A stretch of 64,000 nucleotides of DNA from contig OZ255726.1 of NCBI GenBank assembly GCA_965277405.1, forward strand, positions 1,920,001 to 1,984,000, given 5' to 3'. A model generated the notes under the pieces. It saw only the letters and a program-made list of their open reading frames with translations. It made no database searches and had not been told where the DNA came from. Both the position numbers and the translations under genes were made by a program. This DNA is from Gammaproteobacteria bacterium (GTDB lineage Bacteria; Pseudomonadota; Gammaproteobacteria; G965277405). This document shows, in pieces, positions 29,277 to 39,276 of the stretch; within the stretch, counting starts at the first letter, position 1; each line of letters starts with the position of its first letter.

Positions 29277-31318
29277 GTTACGAACACCTTTTCCAACCAA
29301 TAACACTGAATACAATTACGCTTAAAAACCGTATTATATCGACAGCACACGCCGAGGTATATGCCGATAACGGCGCACCCAACGAACGCTATATCCGCTA
29401 TTACGAGGAAAAAGCCAAAGGCGGGTTGGGGCTGGCAATTTGTGGTGGCTCAAGCCCAGTATCCCGCGATAGTCCAGCTATTTGGTGGAAATCTATCGAC
29501 CTTTGCCGCGATACAGTTATTGAGCCATTGCACCAATTGGCAGAAGCCATGCACAAACATGGCGCAAAAATAATGATTCAAGCCACGCATATGGGACGCA
29601 GAAATGCCTATCCAGGTGGCGATTGGCCATATTTATTAACCTCGAGCGGCATCCGCGAGCCAGTGCATCGAGGTGTTGCCAAGGCCATTGAACTGCATGA
29701 AATAAAGCGAATTATTGCAGACTTTGCGCGCGCCGCAAAGCGGGTACAAGCTTCAGGGTTAGACGGTATAGAAATCAGCGCAGCCCATCAGCATTTGATC
29801 GATCAATTTTGGAGTAAACGCACCAATCTGCGTACTGATGAATATGGTGGTAGCCTGAAAAACAGAATGCGCTTTGGTTTTGAAGTGCTCGAAGCCATCC
29901 GCGAACAAGTAGGTGCAGACTTTTGTATGGGAATCCGTATTTGTGGTGATGAGTTTCATGAAAATGGTCTGAGTCATGAAGATTTAAAAGAGATTGCCCA
30001 GATCCTCAGCGACAGCAAAATGGTTGATTTTATATCAGTTATTGGTTCAGGAGCCGACACCCACAATACTTTGGCAAACTGCATGCCACCGATGCAATTA
30101 CCACCAGAGCCATTTGTCCATCTCGCCGCAGGAATCAAGTCGGTTGTATCCATTCCGGTGATGCATGCACAAGGAGTGCGCGACCCAAACCAAGCCGAAC
30201 GCCTGCTACGCGAAGGCATGGTCGATATTGTCGGCATGACGCGGGCGCAAATTGCTGATCCACATTTTGTCAACAAAGTTCGTGAAGGCAAAGAGATGCA
30301 AATCAAGCAATGCGTCGGCGCGAATTATTGTATCGACCGCCAATATTTGGGGCAGGACGTGTTATGTGTGCAAAACGCGGCAACATCGCGCGAAGAAACA
30401 ATGCCGCATATCATCAGCAAAGGCGATAAAAAACGCAAAACAGTCGTCGTCGGCGCCGGTCCAGCAGGGCTTGAGGCAGCAAGGGTAGCAACGCTACGCG
30501 GCAATGATGTGGTGTTGTTTGAAAAGCACGATAAAGTTGGTGGACAGGTAAACATTGCCGCATTGGCCCCGCAGCGCGACCAAATGGGTGGAATTATTCG
30601 CTGGTTTGACTTAGAACTGCAGCGCCTTGGTGTTGATGTCCGCACCAATACAGCTGCAGATGTAGCGCTGATTTTAGCTGAAAATCCAGATATTGTAGTG
30701 TTAGCCACAGGCGGCGAGCCCAACTTGCAGGAATGGGGCTTTGACGACGGCTTATGCGTGAGTGCGTGGGATATTTTGCGCGGTGATGTCGCACTCAAAA
30801 AAAATGTGTTGGTGTATGATGTGTTTGGACAATGGACCGGCGCAGGGTGTGCGGATTTTGCCGCACGCAAGCAATCACTCGTTGAGTTTGTTACCCCAGA
30901 CCCAAAAGTTAATGATGACGTAGGCGGGACGACATTCCCGATTATGTACCGCAGTTTATATGCACATAATGTGATAATGACCCCAAACTTTTGGCTGACA
31001 AAAGTATACCAAGAAGACGGAAAGCTGGTCGCCCAACTGCAAAACGAATACACCGAAGCAGTCGAAGAACGCGAAGTAGACCAAGTGATTATGGAAAACG
31101 GCACTCGACCCGACGAAACGTTGTATTTTGCGCTCAAACCGCAATCTATCAACAACGGAGAAATTGACATTGACGCATTGTATGACGCGCAACCACAGCC
31201 AGCACTTGCTGCAGCCGCCACAGACGGTTTTCTACTCTACCGTATCGGCGAGGCAAACTGTCCGCGCAATATACACGGGGCAATTTACGACGCGTTGCGG
31301 CTGTGCAAAGATTTCTAA
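29273..31318 (+). CDS. dgcA: Dimethylglycine demethylation protein DgcA (NADH:flavin oxidoreductase, OYE family)
   Basis: STAHAEVYA, YYEEKAKGG, THMGRR, SAAHQHLIDQFWS, CVGANYCIDR, VVGAGPAG; ATG 29273 overlaps upstream stop. Confidence 0.9.
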   Translation: MSYEHLFQPITLNTITLKNRIISTAHAEVYADNGAPNERYIRYYEEKAKGGLGLAICGGSSPVSRDSPAIWWKSIDLCRDTVIEPLHQLAEAMHKHGAKIMIQATHMGRRNAYPGGDWPYLLTSSGIREPVHRGVAKAIELHEIKRIIADFARAAKRVQASGLDGIEISAAHQHLIDQFWSKRTNLRTDEYGGSLKNRMRFGFEVLEAIREQVGADFCMGIRICGDEFHENGLSHEDLKEIAQILSDSKMVDFISVIGSGADTHNTLANCMPPMQLPPEPFVHLAAGIKSVVSIPVMHAQGVRDPNQAERLLREGMVDIVGMTRAQIADPHFVNKVREGKEMQIKQCVGANYCIDRQYLGQDVLCVQNAATSREETMPHIISKGDKKRKTVVVGAGPAGLEAARVATLRGNDVVLFEKHDKVGGQVNIAALAPQRDQMGGIIRWFDLELQRLGVDVRTNTAADVALILAENPDIVVLATGGEPNLQEWGFDDGLCVSAWDILRGDVALKKNVLVYDVFGQWTGAGCADFAARKQSLVEFVTPDPKVNDDVGGTTFPIMYRSLYAHNVIMTPNFWLTKVYQEDGKLVAQLQNEYTEAVEEREVDQVIMENGTRPDETLYFALKPQSINNGEIDIDALYDAQPQPALAAAATDGFLLYRIGEANCPRNIHGAIYDALRLCKDF

Positions 31319-31589
31319 CGGTATAAATATCCGAGTTTTACCTATCAGCATAACTACTAGCAATCGCCTGCGGATGGATGTAAGGGGTTGCAGATAGCTG
31401 TGGGCTTGCAGATAGCTGTATGGCTACCAATCACCCTGCAGCGTTACCACCGCGCCAGCAGTGTACCGCGCCAGCAGTGTTTTGCTGCACAATAAATTTG
31501 CTATCATAATTTGTAAATACACCGCAATATGTTGTTGCACTTCAAATTTTGACCAATAAGATGAAATTCAAGGGGCATAACAATTGTAA

Positions 31590-31875
31590 GGAACATCTGC
31601 TTAAGCCCATGATGGGCGAGACGGGGCAAAACGCTATGATTGCTTAAGCGCAGTGCGTAGCTAATATTATGCGTAGCTAATATTGGAGGGTATTAGCAAA
31701 TTCAGTAACGGCGTTAGCGCAGCGTTGTTTCCTAGCCACTGTTCAATATACCGATGGTTTGCGGCATTGCAGTACTTGCTGTGTTGCATTCTTTGGCATA
31801 TATGCTACGCAATACGCCTTGCAATCGGCAGAATTGCTAACAAATTTGCTCCATCAGCAACTTAAGCAGCAGTCC
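31590..31875 (-). mobile_element. Degenerate full-length MITE copy (reverse orientation)
   Basis: GGAACATCTGCTTAAGCCCATGATGGGCGAGACGG...GTACTTGCTGTGTTGCAT...GCTCCATCAGCAACTTAAGCAGCAGTCC is the reverse complement of the family. Confidence 0.85.
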
Positions 31876-31940
31876 CCAGGTCTCTGTGTATAGGGGCTGA
31901 ATACTTAGCAAAAAAAACAGTTCACATCAGGAGGACAATC

Positions 31941-33443
31941 ATGCTGTACAGTTACAAATCTATCAAAACCATGGCGTGCATCGTATTTGCGGCGGCACTC
32001 ATTCCTTGTGCCCCTACTCTGTCACTGGCGGCAGGTAGCGTTACATTCGGCCAACCAGTTGAACCGGCAGGGCTTGACCCGACGGTTGGTGCCCCTGTCG
32101 CATCTGGCGAGGTTACCTGGCAGAATATTTTTGAAGGATTGGTTGCTGTTGATCGTGATGGCAATATTGCGCCGCAATTGGCAAGCAAATGGACGCTTGC
32201 TGATAATGGCCTGACCTATACGTTTACGCTGCGCCCAGATGTGACGTTCCATAATGGGGTAGCGTTTGATAGTGCAACCGCAAAATTCACCCTTGAACGC
32301 ATCCTGTCAAAAGACAGCACTAATGGGCAAAAGGCATTGTATACCGTTATCGATAGTATCGACACCCCAGATGCGACAACCCTTGTTGTACATCTATCTA
32401 AGCCGTCATCGAACTTAATTTACTGGCTTGGATTCCCGGCTGCGGTGATGGTTGAACCATCAACTGCAGCGAGTAACAAAACGTCACCAACAGGCACTGG
32501 ACCGTTTAAATTTGATGAATGGCGCAAGGGTGACCGGGTGTTGATGTCAGTGTATGACGGCTATTGGGGGCAGCAGCCGCTGCTTGATGCGCTTACCGCG
32601 CGGTTTATTGCTGACCCGCAGGCACAGGCCGCCGCCATCCTTGCACACGATGTTGATGTATTCAGTAAATTCGAAGCACCAGAACTTTTTAATCAATTCA
32701 AAGCCGATGCCAGTCTTGCAACTCATGTCGGTGTCGGCGAGATGGAAGTCGTCGCGGGGATGAACAATACCCGCCCGCCATTTGACGATATCCGCGTTCG
32801 TCAGGCCTTAATGATGGCTGTTGACCGCAACATCCTGATCCAAGGTGTCGAAAGCGGATTTGGCAGCCCGATTGGTAGCCATTTTTCCCCAGCTAGTCCG
32901 TATTATGTTGATCTAACTGGTAAATACGCCCATGACATCGACGCAGCCAAAGCCATTTTGACAGAGGCAGGTTACCCCGACGGCTTTGAATTCACCATGA
33001 AAGTTCCCACGCGCAGTTATGCCACGCGGTCAGCAGAAATCCTGCAAGCGATGTTTAGCCAGATCGGGGTAATTGCCAACATCGAAAGTTCCGCTTTTCC
33101 AGCGACATGGATTCAAGATGTGTACAAGGACACGAATTACGACATGACCATCATCGGCCATGCCGAAGCGCTTGATATCGGCATATACGCGCGCCACCCG
33201 TATTATTTCAATTATAACAATCCAGCCTTTGATGCAGTGATGAACGCTATCGCGGCGGCAACCACGCCAGCGGCTAGGGCGGCTGGATTTAAGCAGGCAC
33301 AGGAGATAATCGGCCATGATGTTCCGGCACTGTTTCTGTATTCTGCACCGAAACTTGGTGTATGGAACGCACGGTTGACTGGTGTCTGGGAAAACGGTCC
33401 GGTACCCGCCAATGACATGACCGACGTTAGCTGGGCACGCTAA
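31941..33443 (+). CDS. ABC transporter substrate-binding protein (family 5, peptide/nickel)
   Basis: Signal peptide, LDP, EGLV, YTFTLR..V.FH.G, GTGPFK, PFDD.RVRQAL; AGGAGG RBS. Confidence 0.92.
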   Translation: MLYSYKSIKTMACIVFAAALIPCAPTLSLAAGSVTFGQPVEPAGLDPTVGAPVASGEVTWQNIFEGLVAVDRDGNIAPQLASKWTLADNGLTYTFTLRPDVTFHNGVAFDSATAKFTLERILSKDSTNGQKALYTVIDSIDTPDATTLVVHLSKPSSNLIYWLGFPAAVMVEPSTAASNKTSPTGTGPFKFDEWRKGDRVLMSVYDGYWGQQPLLDALTARFIADPQAQAAAILAHDVDVFSKFEAPELFNQFKADASLATHVGVGEMEVVAGMNNTRPPFDDIRVRQALMMAVDRNILIQGVESGFGSPIGSHFSPASPYYVDLTGKYAHDIDAAKAILTEAGYPDGFEFTMKVPTRSYATRSAEILQAMFSQIGVIANIESSAFPATWIQDVYKDTNYDMTIIGHAEALDIGIYARHPYYFNYNNPAFDAVMNAIAAATTPAARAAGFKQAQEIIGHDVPALFLYSAPKLGVWNARLTGVWENGPVPANDMTDVSWAR

Positions 33444-33554
33444 AATCGACCGTTGCTTGGCGACAGCTGGAGAATGGTTGGGGTTTGAGTTGTTAAAGAA
33501 CACCGTCAACTTGCGGTCTCCCGCACTTTTCATTTTCTGCAATAGTAAAAGCCG

Positions 33555-34508
33555 ATGAATACAGCAACTAAATATATGCGGCAGGGAGCTGGGTATGTTG
33601 TTGTCCTGCTAATCACCTCGCTGGTAATCTTTATGCTGATCGAATCAGCCCCAGGTGACCCTGCTGAAATCATGCTAGGCACCTCAGCCCAGCCAGATAC
33701 CGTTGCCGCGCTGCGCGCCGAGCTTGGCCTGAATCGACCGATGATAGTCCGCTACGCCAGTTGGCTTGGCGGGGTGATCACGGGGGATCTTGGCAATTCA
33801 TATACCTACGGCACCCCAGTTGCCGAACTGATTAGAGAGCGACTTGTGGTTACAGTGCCGCTGACTATTTTTGCCACACTGCTAGCCATTGGGGTTGCAT
33901 TCCCGCTTGGGGTGTATGCCGCAGCCCGCCCTGGGGCAGTGACCGATGGAGTTGCGACCATATTTTCACAACTGGGGATTGCAGTGCCAAATTTCTGGAT
34001 CGGCTTGCTGTTAATTTTGTTCGTATCGCTTGGGCTGGGGTGGTTACCTGCGGGGGGATTCCCAGGGTGGCGCGATGATTTCGGCAAGGCGTTATTGTCG
34101 TTGATCCTCCCCGCGATTGCGCTTGCCATACCACAGGCCGCGGTGCTAACGCGGGTGATGCGTGCTGCGGTGATCGAAGTCAGCCACGAAGATTTTGTAC
34201 GCACCGCCCGTGCCAAAGGGCTGAGCCGCAACCGCGCGCTTTGGTTTCATACCCTTCCTAATGCGATGCTGCCAGTGGTAACTATGCTTGGGTTGCAAAT
34301 TCCATATTTGATTTCTGGCGCGGTTCTGGTTGAAAACGTCTTTAACTTGCCGGGGATCGGCACGCTTGCCTACCAAGCTATGTCGCAGCGAGACCTGATT
34401 GTGATTCAGAATGTTGTGTTGATGTTTGCGATCATCGTCATCATCGTCAACGCTATTATCGACAGTCTTTACGCAATTCTTGACCCCAGATTACGCGTAA
34501 AAAAATGA
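33555..34508 (+). CDS. ABC transporter permease (DppB-like)
   Basis: PGDPA, GDLGNS, P.FW.G, DFVRTARAKGL, LDPR. Confidence 0.92.
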   Translation: MNTATKYMRQGAGYVVVLLITSLVIFMLIESAPGDPAEIMLGTSAQPDTVAALRAELGLNRPMIVRYASWLGGVITGDLGNSYTYGTPVAELIRERLVVTVPLTIFATLLAIGVAFPLGVYAAARPGAVTDGVATIFSQLGIAVPNFWIGLLLILFVSLGLGWLPAGGFPGWRDDFGKALLSLILPAIALAIPQAAVLTRVMRAAVIEVSHEDFVRTARAKGLSRNRALWFHTLPNAMLPVVTMLGLQIPYLISGAVLVENVFNLPGIGTLAYQAMSQRDLIVIQNVVLMFAIIVIIVNAIIDSLYAILDPRLRVKK

Positions 34509-35335
34509 AACGCATCCCACTTAAAATCCCTCTTAATTTGTGGCTCGGTGGCAGCATTTCATTCCTCCTCGTCGGTTCAGCAATCCTCAGCCGTTTTTGG
34601 ACGCCGCACGACCCAGTCAAAATGAATATCCTTAACCGGCTTAAAAGTCCTGGTGATGCTGGGGTTTTTGGGGCAGACCAGATCGGCCGCGATGTATTTT
34701 CGTTGGTCATGGCCGGTGGCTGGACATCACTCGGGATTGCGGTGACTGCAACCGCGATTGGCGGGTCAATCGGCACGCTTATCGGCGTCAGTGCCGCTGC
34801 ACGGCGGGGTCTTTTTGCAACAGCAACGGGGTGGATTAACAGTGTCCTGTTTGCCTTTCCACCGATTTTATCGGCGATTCTCCTTGGGGCATTACTTGGA
34901 CCAGGTGGTATGACATCTATCGTTGCGATTGGCCTTTTCATGATACCGGTCTTTGCCCGGGTATCGCGCGGGGTGGCGATGCAGATTTGGTCGCGTGACT
35001 ATATCCTCGCCGCGAGCATGGCAGGCAAAGGGCAGGTATTGATCACCATCGAACATATTTTACCAAATATTTCAGCGCAGTTACTAGTGCAGTTCGCCAT
35101 CCAAACCGGTCTTGCTATCCTTGCTGAAGCGGGGCTGAGTTTCCTCGGCATGGGTATCGCCCCGCCAACGCCAAGCTGGGGGAGGATGCTTGCCGATGCG
35201 CAAACCTATATCGGCAGCGCGCCGCATCTGGTGATGGCGCCAGGCATCGCGATTGCGCTGGCTGTCCTTGGGCTGAATCTTTTGGGGGACGGACTGCGTG
35301 ACATTACTGATCCTAAAATGAAACAGGGTTCATGA
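34505..35335 (+). CDS. ABC transporter permease (DppC-like)
   Basis: GADQIGRD, HILPN, AEAGLSFLG, WGRML, GDGLRD. Confidence 0.92.
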   Translation: MKRIPLKIPLNLWLGGSISFLLVGSAILSRFWTPHDPVKMNILNRLKSPGDAGVFGADQIGRDVFSLVMAGGWTSLGIAVTATAIGGSIGTLIGVSAAARRGLFATATGWINSVLFAFPPILSAILLGALLGPGGMTSIVAIGLFMIPVFARVSRGVAMQIWSRDYILAASMAGKGQVLITIEHILPNISAQLLVQFAIQTGLAILAEAGLSFLGMGIAPPTPSWGRMLADAQTYIGSAPHLVMAPGIAIALAVLGLNLLGDGLRDITDPKMKQGS

Positions 35336-36156
35336 TGCTTGCGATCAACAACCTATCTGTATCATTCGAACGCAGCAGCGGGGGACAAGTTGCAGTAGTA
35401 CGTAACATAAATTTTGACCTCGATCACGGTGAAACCCTCGGTATTGTTGGGGAAAGCGGGTCGGGGAAATCGGTTCTATCACTGGCGATCACCGGCTTGC
35501 TGCCGCGCAGCGCACGCACAAGCGGGGCAGTGATGTTTGCCGGCGAAAACCTCCTTGCCCTACCTGAAAAACGTATGTGTAGGTTGCGTGGCCGCAAGAT
35601 CGGCATGATTTTTCAGGAGCCAATGTCTGCTCTTAACCCGGCGATGACCGTTGGTTGCCAAATTGGCGAAGGGCTGAGACTGCATACAGGCATGTCCAAG
35701 CACGATGCTAGGAACGAGACGCTTCGATTGCTTGAGATGGTGCAAATACCACAGGCGAAAGCGCGTATTGACAGTTACCCGCATGAAATGTCGGGGGGGC
35801 AGCGCCAGCGCGTCGGGATTGCAATTGCGATTGCGCTAAAACCAGAGCTGTTGATTGCCGATGAACCAACCACCGCGCTTGACGTGACGGTACAGGCTGA
35901 AATCCTTGATATTCTTGATGATCTTGTTAGCGATCTTGGGATTTTGCTAATCCTGATTTCGCATGATTTAGGCGTGATCGCGCGGATTGCGGACCGCACA
36001 TTGGTGATGTATTGTGGTGAAGAAATGGAACAGGGCGAAACCGCACGTATCCTGCGGTCGCCGCGGCATGATTATACCCGCAAATTGCTCGCCGCGATGC
36101 CAAAACGAGCGCGCAAAACCCTTACCCAGACACCAGCCGCGGGCAGGGATGGCTAA
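35332..36156 (+). CDS. ABC transporter ATP-binding protein (DppD-like)
   Basis: GESGSGKS, MSGGQRQR, LIADEPTTALD, ISHD. Confidence 0.93.
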   Translation: MMLAINNLSVSFERSSGGQVAVVRNINFDLDHGETLGIVGESGSGKSVLSLAITGLLPRSARTSGAVMFAGENLLALPEKRMCRLRGRKIGMIFQEPMSALNPAMTVGCQIGEGLRLHTGMSKHDARNETLRLLEMVQIPQAKARIDSYPHEMSGGQRQRVGIAIAIALKPELLIADEPTTALDVTVQAEILDILDDLVSDLGILLILISHDLGVIARIADRTLVMYCGEEMEQGETARILRSPRHDYTRKLLAAMPKRARKTLTQTPAAGRDG

Positions 36157-37000
36157 ACTGCTGCAAATCAATAACCTGACCCGCAATTTTGACCTGGGTG
36201 GCGTAAAAATCGTCGCACTCGATAACGTATCATTGTCACTTGAAGCGGGAAAAATCCTCGGAGTTGTAGGTGAATCTGGGTCGGGAAAATCGACTCTTGC
36301 CCGGATTGTCATGGCGCTTGATCAGCCGACATCGGGGCAGGTCCATATCGCTGGACAAAGCCTGTTTGACTTGCCGCGTGCGGCACTGCGTGCAGCACGG
36401 CGTGATTTTCAGATGATCTTTCAGGACCCGTATGGGTCGTTGAACCCGCGCCACAATGTCGGGCGGTTGGTTGCTGAGCCGCTGTATCTGGAAGCAAACA
36501 CGCCAAACGCTGCGGCAAGACGGGGTCGCGTCGCCACCCTATTGGAGGATGTCGGGCTACGGGTCGATGATATCGAGCGTTTCCCGCATGAGTTTTCTGG
36601 AGGACAACGCCAGCGCATCGCGATTGCCCGCGCGCTGATCACCAAGCCTAAGCTGGTGGTTGCCGACGAGGCAACCTCGGCACTCGATCTGACCGTGCAG
36701 AAACAAATTCTTGACCTTATCCTTAAACTGCGAGCCGACTACGGCGTTGCGGTGCTGTTTATTACCCACAACATCAGCGTGGTAGAAGAAATATGCGACG
36801 ATGTCGCAGTTCTTGAAAATGGCAGGTTGGTGGAGATCGGAGCGACCGCTGCGGTTTTGCATACCCCGCAACACGCGTATACCCGCCGCTTGCTTAGCGC
36901 TGAACCGACACTTGCACATATCGGGCGCGGTCGGACTTCGCGGCGGAAATCCACCGATGTCCCACCGCTAAATCATTTCAAAGGGGATACCGATGCCTGA
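36149..37000 (+). CDS. ABC transporter ATP-binding protein (DppF-like)
   Basis: GESGSGKST, FSGGQRQR, VADEATSALD; ATG 36149. Confidence 0.92.
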   Translation: MAKLLQINNLTRNFDLGGVKIVALDNVSLSLEAGKILGVVGESGSGKSTLARIVMALDQPTSGQVHIAGQSLFDLPRAALRAARRDFQMIFQDPYGSLNPRHNVGRLVAEPLYLEANTPNAAARRGRVATLLEDVGLRVDDIERFPHEFSGGQRQRIAIARALITKPKLVVADEATSALDLTVQKQILDLILKLRADYGVAVLFITHNISVVEEICDDVAVLENGRLVEIGATAAVLHTPQHAYTRRLLSAEPTLAHIGRGRTSRRKSTDVPPLNHFKGDTDA

Positions 37001-38378
37001 ATTACTCGCTCTTTGCGCCCGCGATGTGCTGAATGGGTTTGCGGATAAAACTATTTCGCCAGTCGATTATATGTACGCTGTTTGCCAACGCGTCGCAGCC
37101 CGCGAACCCAAGGTCTGTGCTTTGTACGCGTATAATCCCAACCAAGCAATGGACTTGGCGCGCGCAGCAGCAAGCCGCTGGATTAAGGGAAAACCTAATG
37201 GACCTCTCGACGGGATGCCTGTCACAGTGAAGGAATTGATCGCCACCAAAGGCGTTGCGGTGCCGATGGGAACGGCGGCTATTGATTTGATACCTGCAAG
37301 CGCAGATGCGCCGATATCCGCCCGCCTGCATGAAGACGGTGCGATTATTTTTGCCAAGACTACCTGCCCAGATTACGGCATGCTGACTTCAGGACTATCG
37401 ACATTTCATCCGCTCAGCCGTAATCCGTGGGATTTAAGCCAGAACCCTGGTGGGTCTAGTGCTGGGGCAGCTGCTGCAGGCGCTGCAGGATACGGAGCGT
37501 TGCATATCGGCACCGATATTGGTGGCTCAGTCCGCCTTCCAGCGGGGTGGACGGGTTTGTTTGGGTTCAAACCATCGCTTGGGCGCATACCGCTTGACCC
37601 GTATTACACTGGACGCTGTGCTGGACCGATGACACCACGTGTCGATGACGCGGCATTGTTGATGGCATGTATAACGCGCCCAGATACGCGCGACGCCACG
37701 TCACTCCCCTATCAGCAAATTGATTGGGAGGCACCCGCGCTGGATGTAAAGGGGGTTAAGATAGGGCTGCTGCTCGATGCTGGATGCGGCACTCCCGCAG
37801 AGCCAGAAGTCAGCGCCGCCGTCATTCAGGCCGCGGATGAATTTCAGCAACACGGGGCCGAGATTATCGAGATTAAACCCGTGCTAACACGCGAAATGCT
37901 CGATGGGATTGATACAGCTTGGCGGGCGCGATTTTGGGGCATGATGTGCCAACTAAACCCGACCAGTCGTGCAAAAATACTCCCGTATATCTATGAATGG
38001 GCAGCAACTGGTGCAAATGCCGCTGCGAGCGCAGTTGCCGCCGGCTTTGATGAGAGTTTTGCCATGCGCAAGGCCTGTGCATCCGCCTTCAACAAGGTTA
38101 ATTTTATCTTGTCGCCAGTAAACCCCAATGTTAGCTACCCCGCTGAATGGGCATCCCCGACCAATGACCCGGCACATCCGTTTGAACATATCTGCTTTAC
38201 CCTGCCATGGAATATGGGGGAGCAACCAGCCTGTTCGATCAATTGCGGCTTTTCGCAAAGCGGGATACCAATCGGGTTACAGATCGTTGCGCCGCGGTTT
38301 GAGGATGCTAAACTTTTCCAGATTGCTCGTGCCTATGAGGCGTGGCGCGGACCAATCACCAACTGGCCAGAAATTTGA
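36993..38378 (+). CDS. Amidase signature family enzyme
   Basis: GPLDGMPVTVK, NPW...PGGSSAG, GTDIGGSVRLPA (Ser-cisSer-Lys triad). Confidence 0.92.
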   Translation: MPELLALCARDVLNGFADKTISPVDYMYAVCQRVAAREPKVCALYAYNPNQAMDLARAAASRWIKGKPNGPLDGMPVTVKELIATKGVAVPMGTAAIDLIPASADAPISARLHEDGAIIFAKTTCPDYGMLTSGLSTFHPLSRNPWDLSQNPGGSSAGAAAAGAAGYGALHIGTDIGGSVRLPAGWTGLFGFKPSLGRIPLDPYYTGRCAGPMTPRVDDAALLMACITRPDTRDATSLPYQQIDWEAPALDVKGVKIGLLLDAGCGTPAEPEVSAAVIQAADEFQQHGAEIIEIKPVLTREMLDGIDTAWRARFWGMMCQLNPTSRAKILPYIYEWAATGANAAASAVAAGFDESFAMRKACASAFNKVNFILSPVNPNVSYPAEWASPTNDPAHPFEHICFTLPWNMGEQPACSINCGFSQSGIPIGLQIVAPRFEDAKLFQIARAYEAWRGPITNWPEI

Positions 38379-38577
38379 ATCAACCGCAAGCCGCAGCGTA
38401 TACACAGCACCACACCGTGGCAACTCCATCCATATTGGTTATGTTCACAGCTGTAGCAGCTAACCAATGCCTCAACTAATGCTTAATGCTGGCCTACTGA
38501 CGCTGACTCAATTGTCTTATGGATTGCCACCGCTGGCGTGCCTGCCTTTGTTGCAGGATAACCTGCTGTGTTGACAG

Positions 38578-38760
38578 GGAAACTCTGATTAACTCACTGC
38601 AGCAGCGACTTAATATAACGCAAGTTATCACGTTATAGCCAGACTGAATAATGCAATTTTATCATGGCAGACAACAAGCACTATGATAAAATAAAATCGC
38701 TAGGGCATAGCAACTTTTGGCAGATATGTAACGGCTAATATTTGATCTAGCAGAGCTTCC
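38578..38760 (+). mobile_element. Second, shorter MITE subtype sharing the family TIRs
   Basis: Begins GGAAACTCTGATTAACTCACTGCAGCAGCGACT, ends CTAGCAGAGCTTCC|TTAG; different interior with TTTTATCAT...ATGATAAAA hairpin. Confidence 0.55.
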
Positions 38761-38790
38761 TTAGCAATTATTTACCTATACAACACCAAA

Positions 38791-39084
38791 GGAAGCGCTG
38801 ATTAATTCCATGATGGGGGAGACGGAGAAAAAACGATGATGAAAATTAAGCGCAGTGTGCAGATAATACTGGTGGTCTTGTGGGTGTTGCCAAGTGCTGC
38901 AACGAGGTTAGCGCAGCTTTTTTCCCGTCGTTGTGTTGAATACACTTTGGGTTTGCGGCAATTGCCTACGCTTGCTGTGTTGCATCCCTTGGCGTATATG
39001 CTACGGAATGCGCGCGGTTTGCGCCTTGCAATCATCAGCAATTGCAGGCAAACTCGCTCTAGCAGCGAGTTAATCAGCGGTTCC
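38791..39084 (-). mobile_element. Full-length MITE copy (reverse orientation) with CAAA target duplication
   Basis: CAAA|GGAAGCGCTGATTAA...TTAATCAGCGGTTCC|CAAA; interior is the reverse complement of the 55320/56107/63415 copies. Confidence 0.9.
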
Positions 39085-39276
39085 CAAAGCAAATGTATGC
39101 AGCTATGCGTTTCTTTGCATTATCATGGGGTGTCGCGGCTGCGATTTTAATCCGCCACTGTATCAAACGCCACCTAACGCCATTTTATCAAAGTTCCTGC
39201 TTATGTTATCAGAGTTCCAGAATGTTGTCGCAGATTTTACTATATTATAGGTTATGGGCGTAGTCAAGGGCTGTAA

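Noticed and set aside
30325-31221. 298-aa minus-strand ORF
   Set aside because: Antisense shadow of dgcA
31590-39084. Classical composite transposon
   Set aside because: Outer flanks are not duplicated and the right copy has its own TSD; kept only as a qualified finding
38802-39150. ORFs inside MITE copies (also 31683, 55353, 56343, 56371, 63259)
   Set aside because: Frames are not conserved between copies; no transposase similarity
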